This document shows positions 14,564-21,866 of a stretch of DNA of 22,964 nt, piece by piece. The position numbers and the translations under genes are program-made. Source of the stretch: a virus. The notes under the pieces were generated by a model that had not been told where the DNA came from, searched no databases, and was given only the letters and a program-made list of their open reading frames with translations. The first letter of the stretch is position 1. Each line of letters starts with the position of its first letter. The DNA is taken from the IMG/VR virus record IMGVR_UViG_3300028840_002779, one strand, 5' to 3'.

Positions 14564-14988
14564 TGAACTCAAAAATCCTGGCAGAGCACGCGGCGTGGCT
14601 GCAGGACCCCGAGACCGGGAGCCGCGCCGATCTGCGCGATGCCGATCTTCGCCGCGCCGATCTGCGCGATGCCAACCTACGCCGCGCCGATCTGCGCGGT
14701 GCCCGTCTGATCTGTGCCGATCTTCGCCGCGCCGATCTGAGCGGTGCCGATCTTCGCCGCGCCGATCTGCGCGGTGCCCGTCTGATCTGTGCCGATCTAA
14801 CCGGTGCCAACCTGTGCGATGCCGATCTTAACGGTGCCGATCTTAACGGTGCCAACCTGAGCGGTGCCGATCTTCGCGGTGCCGATCTGAGCGAGGCCAA
14901 TCTGTGTGATTGCAATCTTAACGGTGCGCGGGTCATTTATCGCAAGCAAGCTGTTATCGTGCGTTTTGAGATTGAGCCCGCTAGCTAA
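14563..14988 (+). CDS. Pentapeptide-repeat protein (141 aa, 20 consecutive A(D/N)LxX repeats)
   Basis: The translation reads [30 protein letters not shown] ... [10 protein letters not shown] without interruption. TAATG coupling and an AGAGGAGA RBS. Confidence 0.9.
   Translation: MNSKILAEHAAWLQDPETGSRADLRDADLRRADLRDANLRRADLRGARLICADLRRADLSGADLRRADLRGARLICADLTGANLCDADLNGADLNGANLSGADLRGADLSEANLCDCNLNGARVIYRKQAVIVRFEIEPAS
14681..14798 (+). repeat. 43-nt perfect direct repeat (14681-14723 and 14756-14798) inside the pentapeptide gene, period 75 nt
   Basis: GCCGCGCCGATCTGCGCGGTGCCCGTCTGATCTGTGCCGATCT occurs twice. Both copies encode [15 protein letters not shown]. Confidence 0.9.
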
Positions 14989-15060
14989 GGGAGTGGCAAA
15001 GCTTCGCAGGGAGAGGGAAAAACAAAGCGAGGGGCGGGCTTTTTTGGGGAGGAAATCGCA

Positions 15061-15894
15061 GTGAAACGTGAGTGTTATCGCCACCCAAAACTATACAATC
15101 TGGCCGCGCTGCTCGGTTGCAGCCGGCCAGAAGCTATAGGAATTCTGTCCCTTCTTTGGGACTACTGTGGCGAATTTGCGCCACGGGGCGACATTGGCAA
15201 GTTCCCCGATCCGACGATCGCTCGAGCGTGCGAGTGGTCCCCGGATCGGCCCACGGAATTCGTGCTCGCCCTAGTAGATGCGGGGTTTTTAGACACCCAC
15301 CCAGAGTACCGGCTGATAGTTCACGACTGGCCTTGCCATTGTGAGAAATACGTGCGGGCCCGGCTGAATCGAGCGGGGTTAGATTTCCTGGATTGCTACC
15401 CCCACCGAGAAGGGCTTTCGGTGTACGCCGTTTCAGCGTACCAACAGCGTACCGACGAAACGGTACGGCGTACCGCATATCCAATCCAATCCAATCCAAT
15501 CCAATCCAACGGATTGATCGATTCGAATCGAATCGATCGAATCGATCGACTGAGGGAAATTGACTGGGAGGAAGTACGAAGTTCCGCGCAGCGAATCCAA
15601 CGGAAACTCCGGCTGCAACTGACGGAGAAGAATCGAGGATTGATCTTGAAAGCCTGCGCGCTCGAATTGTACGGCCCCATGCCTGAGGCGTGGCTCTCCT
15701 CCGCCGTCGGGGCGGTTGACGCCAAGGTGGGGTGTCGATCGAAACCAGCCTACCTGACCACCTGCTTGAAACGGGGGGCTGAGGAGTTGGGCCAAAACTT
15801 CGCCGCGTTGATGGCGGCGGTAGAAGTGCCGGCCCAACTTCTTAAACCACCCAAACCCAAAAAGGAAGGCAAACTAAGTGAACCCAAACGATGA
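15061..15894 (+). CDS. Putative replication initiator / replisome-organiser protein (277 aa, GTG start)
   Basis: The N-terminal pattern (HPKLYNLAALLGCSRPEAIGILSLLWDYCGEF...GFLD....YRLIVHDWPCH) resembles phage replisome-organiser N-domains. The two domains are split by a repeat-encoded linker, like lambda O. The gene lies upstream of the recombination genes. Confidence 0.5.
   Translation: MKRECYRHPKLYNLAALLGCSRPEAIGILSLLWDYCGEFAPRGDIGKFPDPTIARACEWSPDRPTEFVLALVDAGFLDTHPEYRLIVHDWPCHCEKYVRARLNRAGLDFLDCYPHREGLSVYAVSAYQQRTDETVRRTAYPIQSNPIQSNGLIDSNRIDRIDRLREIDWEEVRSSAQRIQRKLRLQLTEKNRGLILKACALELYGPMPEAWLSSAVGAVDAKVGCRSKPAYLTTCLKRGAEELGQNFAALMAAVEVPAQLLKPPKPKKEGKLSEPKR
15479..15550. repeat. Iteron-like repeat block: (ATCCA)x6 (15479-15508), AATCC-AAC-GGATT palindrome, then TCGAATCGA/AATCGATCG repeats; candidate origin of replication
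   Basis: Read directly. GC is 43% over 15481-15540 against about 60% elsewhere. The block lies in the inter-domain linker of the putative initiator gene and encodes PIQSNPIQSNGLIDSNRIDRIDR. Confidence 0.55.
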
Positions 15895-16720
15895 ATACCA
15901 CGCAGACACGGCCCGCGTGTCGCACTCGACGCTTGAGGTCTACCGCAGATCGCCGGCCGAGTACCACGGGCGATTCGTGACCGGCACGATCCCCCGGCCG
16001 CCTTCGACGCCCGATCAGGTGTTCGGCTCGTTGGTGCACTGTCTGCTGCTTGAGCCGGAGGAGTTGGCGGAGCGATACGAAATCGCCGCCCTCGACCACC
16101 GGCGTGGCAACCAATGGAAAGAGGCCAAAGCGGAATCCGACAAGGCCGGCAAGGAACTGCTCTTGCCTTCGCAGTACAGAGCGGCCGCGCTCACAGCCGA
16201 CGCGGTGACGGCCCACCCCGAGGCGGCAAAACTACTGGGAGCCGGGGGCGTGGTAGAACAGCCGATCTACTGGCATGATGAAACCGGGCTCGCCTGCAAG
16301 TGCAAACCCGACTTGCTGATCAGACTGCCGGAGCACGTTATTTGCGTCGACCTCAAAACCGCAGTCGATCCGAGCCCGGGGGGATTCTCCGGTCTGATCG
16401 ACGGTGAGACTCGACGGGCGGGAGCGATTTGGCAGTGGGGCTACCATCGGCAGGCGGCGTGGTACCTCGATGGCATCGCTGCCGAACTCGGCGCGAAGAC
16501 GATCCCGGCAGAGTGGATCTTCATCGTCGTGGGCAAGGCCCCGCCGCACGATGTATACGTGTACAGATTGGACGCGGCCTACATCGAGATTGGCCGGGGG
16601 CAAAACACTCACGACATTTGCAATCTCGCCCGGTCGATCGAAACCGACGATTGGAGCGCACCGGGGCAGAATGAACTTCTAACCATCGAACCGCCCAAAT
16701 GGGCAAGGGAGCAAGCATGA
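15878..16720 (+). CDS. PD-(D/E)XK exonuclease, RecE / DUF3799-like (280 aa, GTG start)
   Basis: Motifs GSLVHCLLLEPEE, CKPDLLIR...VICVDLKT (D...D/ExK) and YHRQAAWY (QxxxY). AAGGAAGG RBS. It is adjacent to recT. Confidence 0.75.
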   Translation: MNPNDEYHADTARVSHSTLEVYRRSPAEYHGRFVTGTIPRPPSTPDQVFGSLVHCLLLEPEELAERYEIAALDHRRGNQWKEAKAESDKAGKELLLPSQYRAAALTADAVTAHPEAAKLLGAGGVVEQPIYWHDETGLACKCKPDLLIRLPEHVICVDLKTAVDPSPGGFSGLIDGETRRAGAIWQWGYHRQAAWYLDGIAAELGAKTIPAEWIFIVVGKAPPHDVYVYRLDAAYIEIGRGQNTHDICNLARSIETDDWSAPGQNELLTIEPPKWAREQA

Positions 16721-17685
16721 ACCAACAACAAACGCAGCCGGCCACAGCCGGACAGACCACCACCGACAACGGCCTGATCGACCAGACAATCCAGGCCACG
16801 CCGCGCGAAACGATCGTGGGGAGGGCGGCGGCTTTCCTGGGGACCGAGCCGAGCAAGGTTTTCAACCTGCTTCGCGGCGCGTGGCCGACAGGCAAGGGGG
16901 AGCCACCCCTGAGCAACGAGGAGCTAACGAGCGGGCTGGCGCTCGTTGCCCGTTACGAGCTAGACCCACTGGCACGCGAGGTTTACGTCACGCGCCACAA
17001 GGGGAAGCTCATGACGGTCATCGGCGTCGATGGTTGGGTGAGAGTGCTCGACCGCACGCCGCACTACGATGGATTCGACGTGGAATTCGCGTGGAAGGAT
17101 GAGGCGGAGACTGAGGTGAAGTGGATCGAAACCACGATCTACTCCAAGACCCGGGAGCATCCGACGAAGTATCGGGCGTTTGCTGCCGAGTACAGCAGGC
17201 TATCGGGATTCGTCGCCAAGTCGATCCCTATCCACATGCTGAGAATCTTCAGCCTCCGTCACGCCGTCCGGCTATTCACGCCGATTTCCGGGGCGACCAG
17301 CGAAGACGAAGCACGATGGATGATCAACAATCAGCCGGCGGGAACACCCGACAAGCCCTCGGTGGATGATTTACTGAATCAGCGCGACATCCCAACCGAA
17401 GCCGAAAAGGCGGCGGAAAAGGCGGCGGAACTGCCTAACGAAAGACCCGACGTGCCGTTCGGAGCCGGCGGGGGCCGGACGAAAGAAAAACCTCTGTACG
17501 ATCCGGCGGCAATGGACGCGGCGGCGGAGGAGTACTGCCAGGCGTTCGAGGGAGCGAAGGATTTGCTGGCGGTCGAAAAACTGTTCGCCCGGATGATGGA
17601 GGATGATTTCATCCAACAATCACCCGACGCGGCGGCTCGGTGCCACAAAGCCGCGCACATTGCAAGGGGGAGATTCGATGGCTGA
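16717..17685 (+). CDS. recT: RecT/Bet-family single-strand annealing protein (322 aa)
   Basis: ARYELDPLAREVYV....GKLMTVIGVDGWVRVLDRTPHYDGFDVEF matches the RecT core. ATG 16717 overlaps the nuclease stop (ATGA). Confidence 0.8.
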   Translation: MNQQQTQPATAGQTTTDNGLIDQTIQATPRETIVGRAAAFLGTEPSKVFNLLRGAWPTGKGEPPLSNEELTSGLALVARYELDPLAREVYVTRHKGKLMTVIGVDGWVRVLDRTPHYDGFDVEFAWKDEAETEVKWIETTIYSKTREHPTKYRAFAAEYSRLSGFVAKSIPIHMLRIFSLRHAVRLFTPISGATSEDEARWMINNQPAGTPDKPSVDDLLNQRDIPTEAEKAAEKAAELPNERPDVPFGAGGGRTKEKPLYDPAAMDAAAEEYCQAFEGAKDLLAVEKLFARMMEDDFIQQSPDAAARCHKAAHIARGRFDG

Positions 17686-17914
17686 TAGCGACGACAAACT
17701 AATTACCGATCGACTCGACCGACTCGACGAAAAAGCGGAGTTGCTGATTGAGGTGACAAAGCAGACGTTAAGCTGGCTGGTGTTGATACTGCCAACGCTC
17801 GGACTATTAGGAGAATTTCTAAATGCCCAAAAAGAAGCAGACGCCCGCGCAACAACGCATGGCACACGCCCGGTCAAAGATCAAGAAACCGGTGAAGCGA
17901 GCCGGACCGGTTGA
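17678..17914 (+). CDS. Possible small membrane protein (78 aa)
   Basis: AAGGGGGAG RBS before ATG 17678. One hydrophobic helix (LSWLVLILPTLGLLGEFL). It overlaps the next well-supported gene by 92 nt, which lowers confidence. Confidence 0.35.
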   Translation: MADSDDKLITDRLDRLDEKAELLIEVTKQTLSWLVLILPTLGLLGEFLNAQKEADARATTHGTRPVKDQETGEASRTG

Positions 17915-18329
17915 CGTTTTGAAACGGGTCAACCGGGCGTTTGAGCTGATCCCGTTTCACCGGCGCTACGTGGTGCGGGAAAAAATCATGAATCAATTCA
18001 AGTGTTGTGCGGACTCAGCCGAGACCGCGATTAGAAAAGCAAAAGAGCGGCTGGCGGTCATCGCGAACGAGTCGCGACAAGATCACCTGGCCCTCGCTCT
18101 GGAGCAAATCGAAGACACGATACGCGTAGCCGATCACTCCAACCGGCTTGCGGCGATCAAGCTGAAAATGGAATTGCTGGGGCTTGGAGCCCCAAAGCAG
18201 ACGGAGGTTGCCGTGGCGGTGACCTCTTACGATCCGGCGGCACTCGCCGCGATGCGAGATCCTCAGCTGCGGGAAAAGGCCCTGCAATTGGAGGAAGAGA
18301 TTTCAGAGTTTCACGAAAGGGAGGATTGA
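17823..18329 (+). CDS. Basic/helical protein (168 aa); weak candidate for a small terminase or DNA-binding protein
   Basis: AGGAGA RBS. Lys/Arg-rich N-terminus and an HTH-like stretch (CCADSAETAIRKAKERL). NRLAAIKLKMELLGLG recalls the C-terminal motif of some small terminases. Recall-level evidence only. Confidence 0.3.
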   Translation: MPKKKQTPAQQRMAHARSKIKKPVKRAGPVDVLKRVNRAFELIPFHRRYVVREKIMNQFKCCADSAETAIRKAKERLAVIANESRQDHLALALEQIEDTIRVADHSNRLAAIKLKMELLGLGAPKQTEVAVAVTSYDPAALAAMRDPQLREKALQLEEEISEFHERED

Positions 18330-18331
18330 TC

Positions 18332-18640
18332 ATGGGCTTTGAAAAAACTCGGCAGAACCAAAAACAGGAACCGAAGAAGAAACGCCCACCCAAGCAACAG
18401 CAAATCGAGGGCACGTTTGATCCGCCGAACCCGGCGGTGTTGCAGGCGGCGGAGTTGTACGCCGAAACCCTGCACGCGCGGCAGGAGTTGCAAGTCACAG
18501 AGGCGACCCAGCGCGCCGATTTGGTGGCGCAGATGCAGGAGCATTCCGTAGAGGAGTGTGCAATCGATGGCTACGTAGTCAAGTTGAACCATCGCGGCGA
18601 CACGATCAAGGTTGAGAAAATTAAGGACGCCGACGCATGA
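18332..18640 (+). CDS. Hypothetical protein (102 aa), Lys/Gln-rich N-terminus
   Basis: GGGAGGA RBS before ATG 18332. ATGA-coupled to rusA. Confidence 0.55.
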   Translation: MGFEKTRQNQKQEPKKKRPPKQQQIEGTFDPPNPAVLQAAELYAETLHARQELQVTEATQRADLVAQMQEHSVEECAIDGYVVKLNHRGDTIKVEKIKDADA

Positions 18641-19158
18641 TCAGTTTCACGGTCTACGGCAAGCCCCAATCGCGCGGGTCAAAAAACCCTCGCAATCTGA
18701 AATACAAGGATGGCCGGCTGGTCATGCGGCCCGGCACAACTTGGCCGGTGATCGTGACGGCGGACGATAACCCACAGTCGAAAGGGTGGATGGAAAAGGT
18801 TACAGCGGTGGCCCGGCTGGCGGTCGGTGATGACGCACTGATCGCCGGGCCGGTTTGCCTGGGGGTCCGATGCTTTTTTCGTCGCCCGAAGTGTCATTAC
18901 CGGACCGGGCGATACAGCGCCATGTTGAAGGCATCGGCCCCCAGGTTTCATACTTCAAAACCGGACGCGTCGAAACTGATTCGCCCGATTGAAGACGCGC
19001 TGACTGGCGTTGTGTACGTTGACGATAGCCAAATCGTCGAATACGCGCCGGGGCCAATCAAGCAGTGGACCGAGGCTGAGGAGCGCGCCGAGATCACAGT
19101 CGACGCGCTCGAAGAACTGCCACTATTAACAGCCGCAGACGCGGCGGGAGGGAAGTGA
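18637..19158 (+). CDS. rusA: RusA-family Holliday junction resolvase (173 aa)
   Basis: N-terminal FTVYGKPQSRGSK, and SKPDASKLIRPIEDALTGVVYVDDSQIV (the kPDxDNLxKxxxDALxGxxyxDDsQI acidic catalytic block). Confidence 0.8.
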   Translation: MISFTVYGKPQSRGSKNPRNLKYKDGRLVMRPGTTWPVIVTADDNPQSKGWMEKVTAVARLAVGDDALIAGPVCLGVRCFFRRPKCHYRTGRYSAMLKASAPRFHTSKPDASKLIRPIEDALTGVVYVDDSQIVEYAPGPIKQWTEAEERAEITVDALEELPLLTAADAAGGK

Positions 19159-19430
19159 TGCCAGATCGACTTGAAGAAATTCGCCAGTCGTTTCAGGACG
19201 ACGGCCGTGGAATTGACGACCTCGATGCGGAGTGGCTGCTGCAACATGCGCTGTGGTTGCGGGGCGAGATTCAACGGCAACCGCCACCGCCCGATTCGTA
19301 CAACAGCGGCTATCGTGGATGCATGGGCGTTGCGACCGCGCTGATAGTGATCGGCGGCGGTGGGCTCCTGCTGTACGTGGTGATGATGGCCGGGGCTACC
19401 GTGCTCGACGCATTGAAGAACATGCCGTGA
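19158..19430 (+). CDS. Small membrane protein (90 aa) immediately upstream of terL
   Basis: GGGAGGGA RBS. C-terminal hydrophobic stretch CMGVATALIVIGGGGLLLYVVMMAGATVL. The stop overlaps the terL GTG. Confidence 0.55.
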   Translation: MPDRLEEIRQSFQDDGRGIDDLDAEWLLQHALWLRGEIQRQPPPPDSYNSGYRGCMGVATALIVIGGGGLLLYVVMMAGATVLDALKNMP

Positions 19431-20812
19431 GTAACACCCTCCTACCATCGACGCTTGCCCGTGCTGCGCTGCCTGAGTGGCAATTCCCCGCGCACATTCA
19501 GGCGCTTCAGCGGGCGGTGCTGCAAACGCTGTACGATCCCGACAAGAACCGGCTTGTGATTGAAATCCCGGTGCGGCATGGGAAATCATTCTACTGTAGC
19601 TACATCCTCCCGTCGTGGTACATCATGACGCACCCGAACAAATCGGTTTGGGTCGTGTCATACGGTTCCGACTTCGCAACGGAGTGGTCTTCCAAGGTCC
19701 GGAGCCTCGTTGGGGAGTGGGGGCCGAAATTGACGGGCGTGCATCTTGATCCGAAGTACAAGCCCCGCGCTCACTTCAGACTCGCTCCGCCGCACACTGG
19801 CGACCTGCGCGGGCTGGGCATCTACGGCGGGATCGCCGGCAAGGGCGCGCACCTGATCGTCTGTGACGATCTGGTCAAGGAATTTGGCGAAGTCGCCACG
19901 GAGGAAGGGCGTGACAAGTTGTACAAACAGTTCCACGGGGAGCTGCTTGGGCGATTGGAGCCCGGTGGCAAAATCATCATGGTGATGAGCCGCCGCCATC
20001 CCGACGATCTATCGGGCAAGCTACTGGAGAGCAACGCCCACCTGGAGCCACGCGAGCAGTGGCACCGGCTGAAGTTCCCCGCGCTGAGTGACGATGGGGA
20101 GCGAGCGTTGTGGCCTGAACGATACGACGCCAAAAAGCTACGGGCGATCAAACGTGATCACGAGTTGGCCGGTACGGAGTGGCAATGGTACTCGCTCTAT
20201 CAGCAAGATCCGTCGACGGCTGCCGAGTTGTGCGAGTGGCCCGCGAAATACTGGCAGGATCTTTACTACCACGAGTTGCCCGAATTCAAGCCGCGATTTC
20301 GGTTTCTCGCTCTAGATCCGGCGAAAGGCAAGAAGGCCAAGAAGGGCGACTACAGCGCGTTGCTTTACGGGCTGGTCGATCCGCAGGGCACTCTCTGGAT
20401 TGATGACCCGATCCTAAAGCGCATCCCCACAACGCAGCTGGAGGAATTGGCGGCGGCGCAGGTGAAACAAAAGAACCCCGATGCGTTCGCAATCGAGACC
20501 AACAATTTTCAGGAATGTATCGCGCTGAACATCTACAAGCTGGCTCCGGCGGCGAAAATCTACCCTTACGAAAATACAGAAAACAAGGAAATCAGGATTC
20601 GCATGATCTTGACTCCGCTGCTTGCGCAGGGGCTGGTCAAAATCCGCGACACACCGCAGGGGCGAATCCTGGGGAATCAGTTACGGGATTTTCCACTCGG
20701 GTCACACGACGATGGCCCAGACGCACTGGCACTAATGCGTCGTCTCTGGTTGGATTTGCTTGGAACGACCGGGCAGCCGACCGGCGGTGACCAAAGGATC
20801 TACACGACATGA
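19427..20812 (+). CDS. terL: Terminase large subunit (461 aa from GTG 19427)
   Basis: Walker A PVRHGKS, Walker B HLIVCDDL, coupling motif MSRRHPDDL, and nuclease-domain acidic motifs LALDPAKG...GDYSAL and GSHDDGPDAL. Track start 19232 overlaps the previous gene in another frame. The GTGA overlap favours 19427. Confidence 0.88.
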   Translation: MSNTLLPSTLARAALPEWQFPAHIQALQRAVLQTLYDPDKNRLVIEIPVRHGKSFYCSYILPSWYIMTHPNKSVWVVSYGSDFATEWSSKVRSLVGEWGPKLTGVHLDPKYKPRAHFRLAPPHTGDLRGLGIYGGIAGKGAHLIVCDDLVKEFGEVATEEGRDKLYKQFHGELLGRLEPGGKIIMVMSRRHPDDLSGKLLESNAHLEPREQWHRLKFPALSDDGERALWPERYDAKKLRAIKRDHELAGTEWQWYSLYQQDPSTAAELCEWPAKYWQDLYYHELPEFKPRFRFLALDPAKGKKAKKGDYSALLYGLVDPQGTLWIDDPILKRIPTTQLEELAAAQVKQKNPDAFAIETNNFQECIALNIYKLAPAAKIYPYENTENKEIRIRMILTPLLAQGLVKIRDTPQGRILGNQLRDFPLGSHDDGPDALALMRRLWLDLLGTTGQPTGGDQRIYTT

Positions 20813-20943
20813 AACACGAAGCCGAAAAAATGAACGAGCCCCGGCGGCTCGATGCCCTGCGGACGCACAGTCACGATCGGTTTGATTGTCCGCTGAGTGA
20901 AATGGTGCCGTGGCCGAAACCGAAACCGGAGCCCGGCTTGTAG
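20809..20943 (+). CDS. Possible 44-aa ORF (MKHEAEKMNEPRRLDALRTHSHDRFDCPLSEMVPWPKPKPEPGL)
   Basis: ATGA-coupled to the terL stop and ends just before the terminator hairpin. It is below the track cut-off. Confidence 0.3.
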   Translation: MKHEAEKMNEPRRLDALRTHSHDRFDCPLSEMVPWPKPKPEPGL

Positions 20944-20955
20944 CCGGCGCTCCCA

Positions 20956-20991
20956 CCGGCGCCCTTGCGTGGGGCGGGGCGCCGGGTTTTT
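20956..20991 (+). terminator. Rho-independent terminator (CCGGCGCCC / GGGCGCCGG stem, T5 tail)
   Basis: The 9-bp perfect GC-rich arms are 20956-20964 and 20977-20985, with a 12-nt loop. GTTTTT follows at 20986-20991. Confidence 0.7.
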
Positions 20992-21016
20992 ACAGCTCTT
21001 TACAAGGAGAAGCGAG

Positions 21017-21820
21017 ATGAGCAGGATCAGCACACGACTGGAAACGTTGACGCCAGACAAGGCCCAACGATGGCTTGACAACCGGGCGCCAAATCGCCCG
21101 CTGAGTAAACTCTACGCCAGAGAGTTGGCCAATTCAATCCAGGTGGGCGAGTGGGAGCGTAACGGGGCAACAATTGTGTTCAACAGCGACGGGAAAATGG
21201 AGGACGGGCAGCATCGGTGTTTGGCTGTGGTTATGGCTGGAAAATCGATTGACGTGATCGTCGTGAGAGGAGTTGCGGTCGGGTCGTTTGATTCGATCGA
21301 CACAGGACGGGGAAGAACCGCCGCTCATCTTCTCGCCCGTGACGGTGAAAAACACTACGCAGTGCTAGCGTCTGCGCTTCGTTGGTTGAACCTGTACAAC
21401 CATGGGACATTTCAAAGCAACGGTTCTGGATGGGCTCTCAAGCTCACCCGGCATCAGCTCCGACAATTGTTAGACACACATCCCGGCATACGGGACTTTT
21501 GTGTGCTTCCGAAAAATGCCGGCGGGATTCGAGGAACCATCCCCTCCGGGATAATTGCGGCCTTTCACTATATCGGATCATCGATTGATGTAGATCTTGC
21601 CGAGACCTACTTTCACGGCCTAATGACCGGTGAGAATATCGGAAAAAGTTCTTGGAGTTGGCAAGTTCGCGAAAGGCTATTTGCAGCCTTTCGGTCGACT
21701 GCGCAGAGACTGCATACCTCGGCTAAGGCTGAGATCGTGGTGCGCGGCTGGAACGCGGCGAGAAGTGGCCGTAAGCCCGGGATTGTAAAAATACTCAATG
21801 AGTTCGTGGCGATGAAGTAG
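21017..21820 (+). CDS. ParB/Srx-superfamily (ParB-like nuclease domain, DGQHR motif) protein (267 aa)
   Basis: LTPDKAQRWLDNRAPNRPLSKLYARELANSIQVGEWERNGATIVFNSDGKMEDGQHRCLAVVMAGKSIDVIVVRGV is the classic phage ParB-like N-domain. DGQHR is at 21203-21217. AAGGAGA RBS before ATG 21017. GC is about 48-55% in three hand-counted lines. Confidence 0.8.
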   Translation: MSRISTRLETLTPDKAQRWLDNRAPNRPLSKLYARELANSIQVGEWERNGATIVFNSDGKMEDGQHRCLAVVMAGKSIDVIVVRGVAVGSFDSIDTGRGRTAAHLLARDGEKHYAVLASALRWLNLYNHGTFQSNGSGWALKLTRHQLRQLLDTHPGIRDFCVLPKNAGGIRGTIPSGIIAAFHYIGSSIDVDLAETYFHGLMTGENIGKSSWSWQVRERLFAAFRSTAQRLHTSAKAEIVVRGWNAARSGRKPGIVKILNEFVAMK

Positions 21821-21836
21821 CACCCCACAATAGGGG

Positions 21837-21866
21837 TTGACATTCCCGGGGGCCCGTGCCTATGAA
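21837..21866 (+). promoter_or_regulatory. Promoter-like element upstream of the portal gene (TTGACA - 18 nt - TATGAA)
   Basis: TTGACA is at 21837-21842 and TATGAA at 21861-21866, in the 52-nt gap before ATG 21873. No Shine-Dalgarno lies between the -10 and the ATG. Confidence 0.4.

Noticed and set aside
14975-15045. T6 run (15040-15045) after the pentapeptide gene as an intrinsic terminator
   Set aside because: Only weak stems are available: AAAGC/GCTTT overlapping the T run, or a 7-bp AGCCCGC/GCGGGCT pair with a 52-nt loop. Partial termination separating immediate-early genes from replication genes is possible but not supportable from sequence alone.
14600-15550. CRISPR-like or satellite interpretation of the periodic repeats at 14600-14900 and 15479-15550
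   Set aside because: The first set is a 15-nt-period coding repeat of a pentapeptide protein in a clean ORF. The second has 5-9-nt units with no spacers. Neither has repeat-spacer architecture.
17395-17430. Short tandem repeats GAAAAGGCGGCG x2 (recT C-terminus, encoding EKAAEKAAE) and AAATCC-type repeats near 5497-5515
   Set aside because: They have two to three copies, are in frame, and encode plausible low-complexity linker peptides. They are not distinguishable from ordinary coding micro-repeats.
21017-21820. ParB-like gene as evidence for a phage-plasmid partition system
   Set aside because: There is no ParA/ParM-type ATPase and no obvious parS-like repeat cluster. This N-terminal ParB nuclease-type domain is common in strictly lytic phages next to packaging genes.
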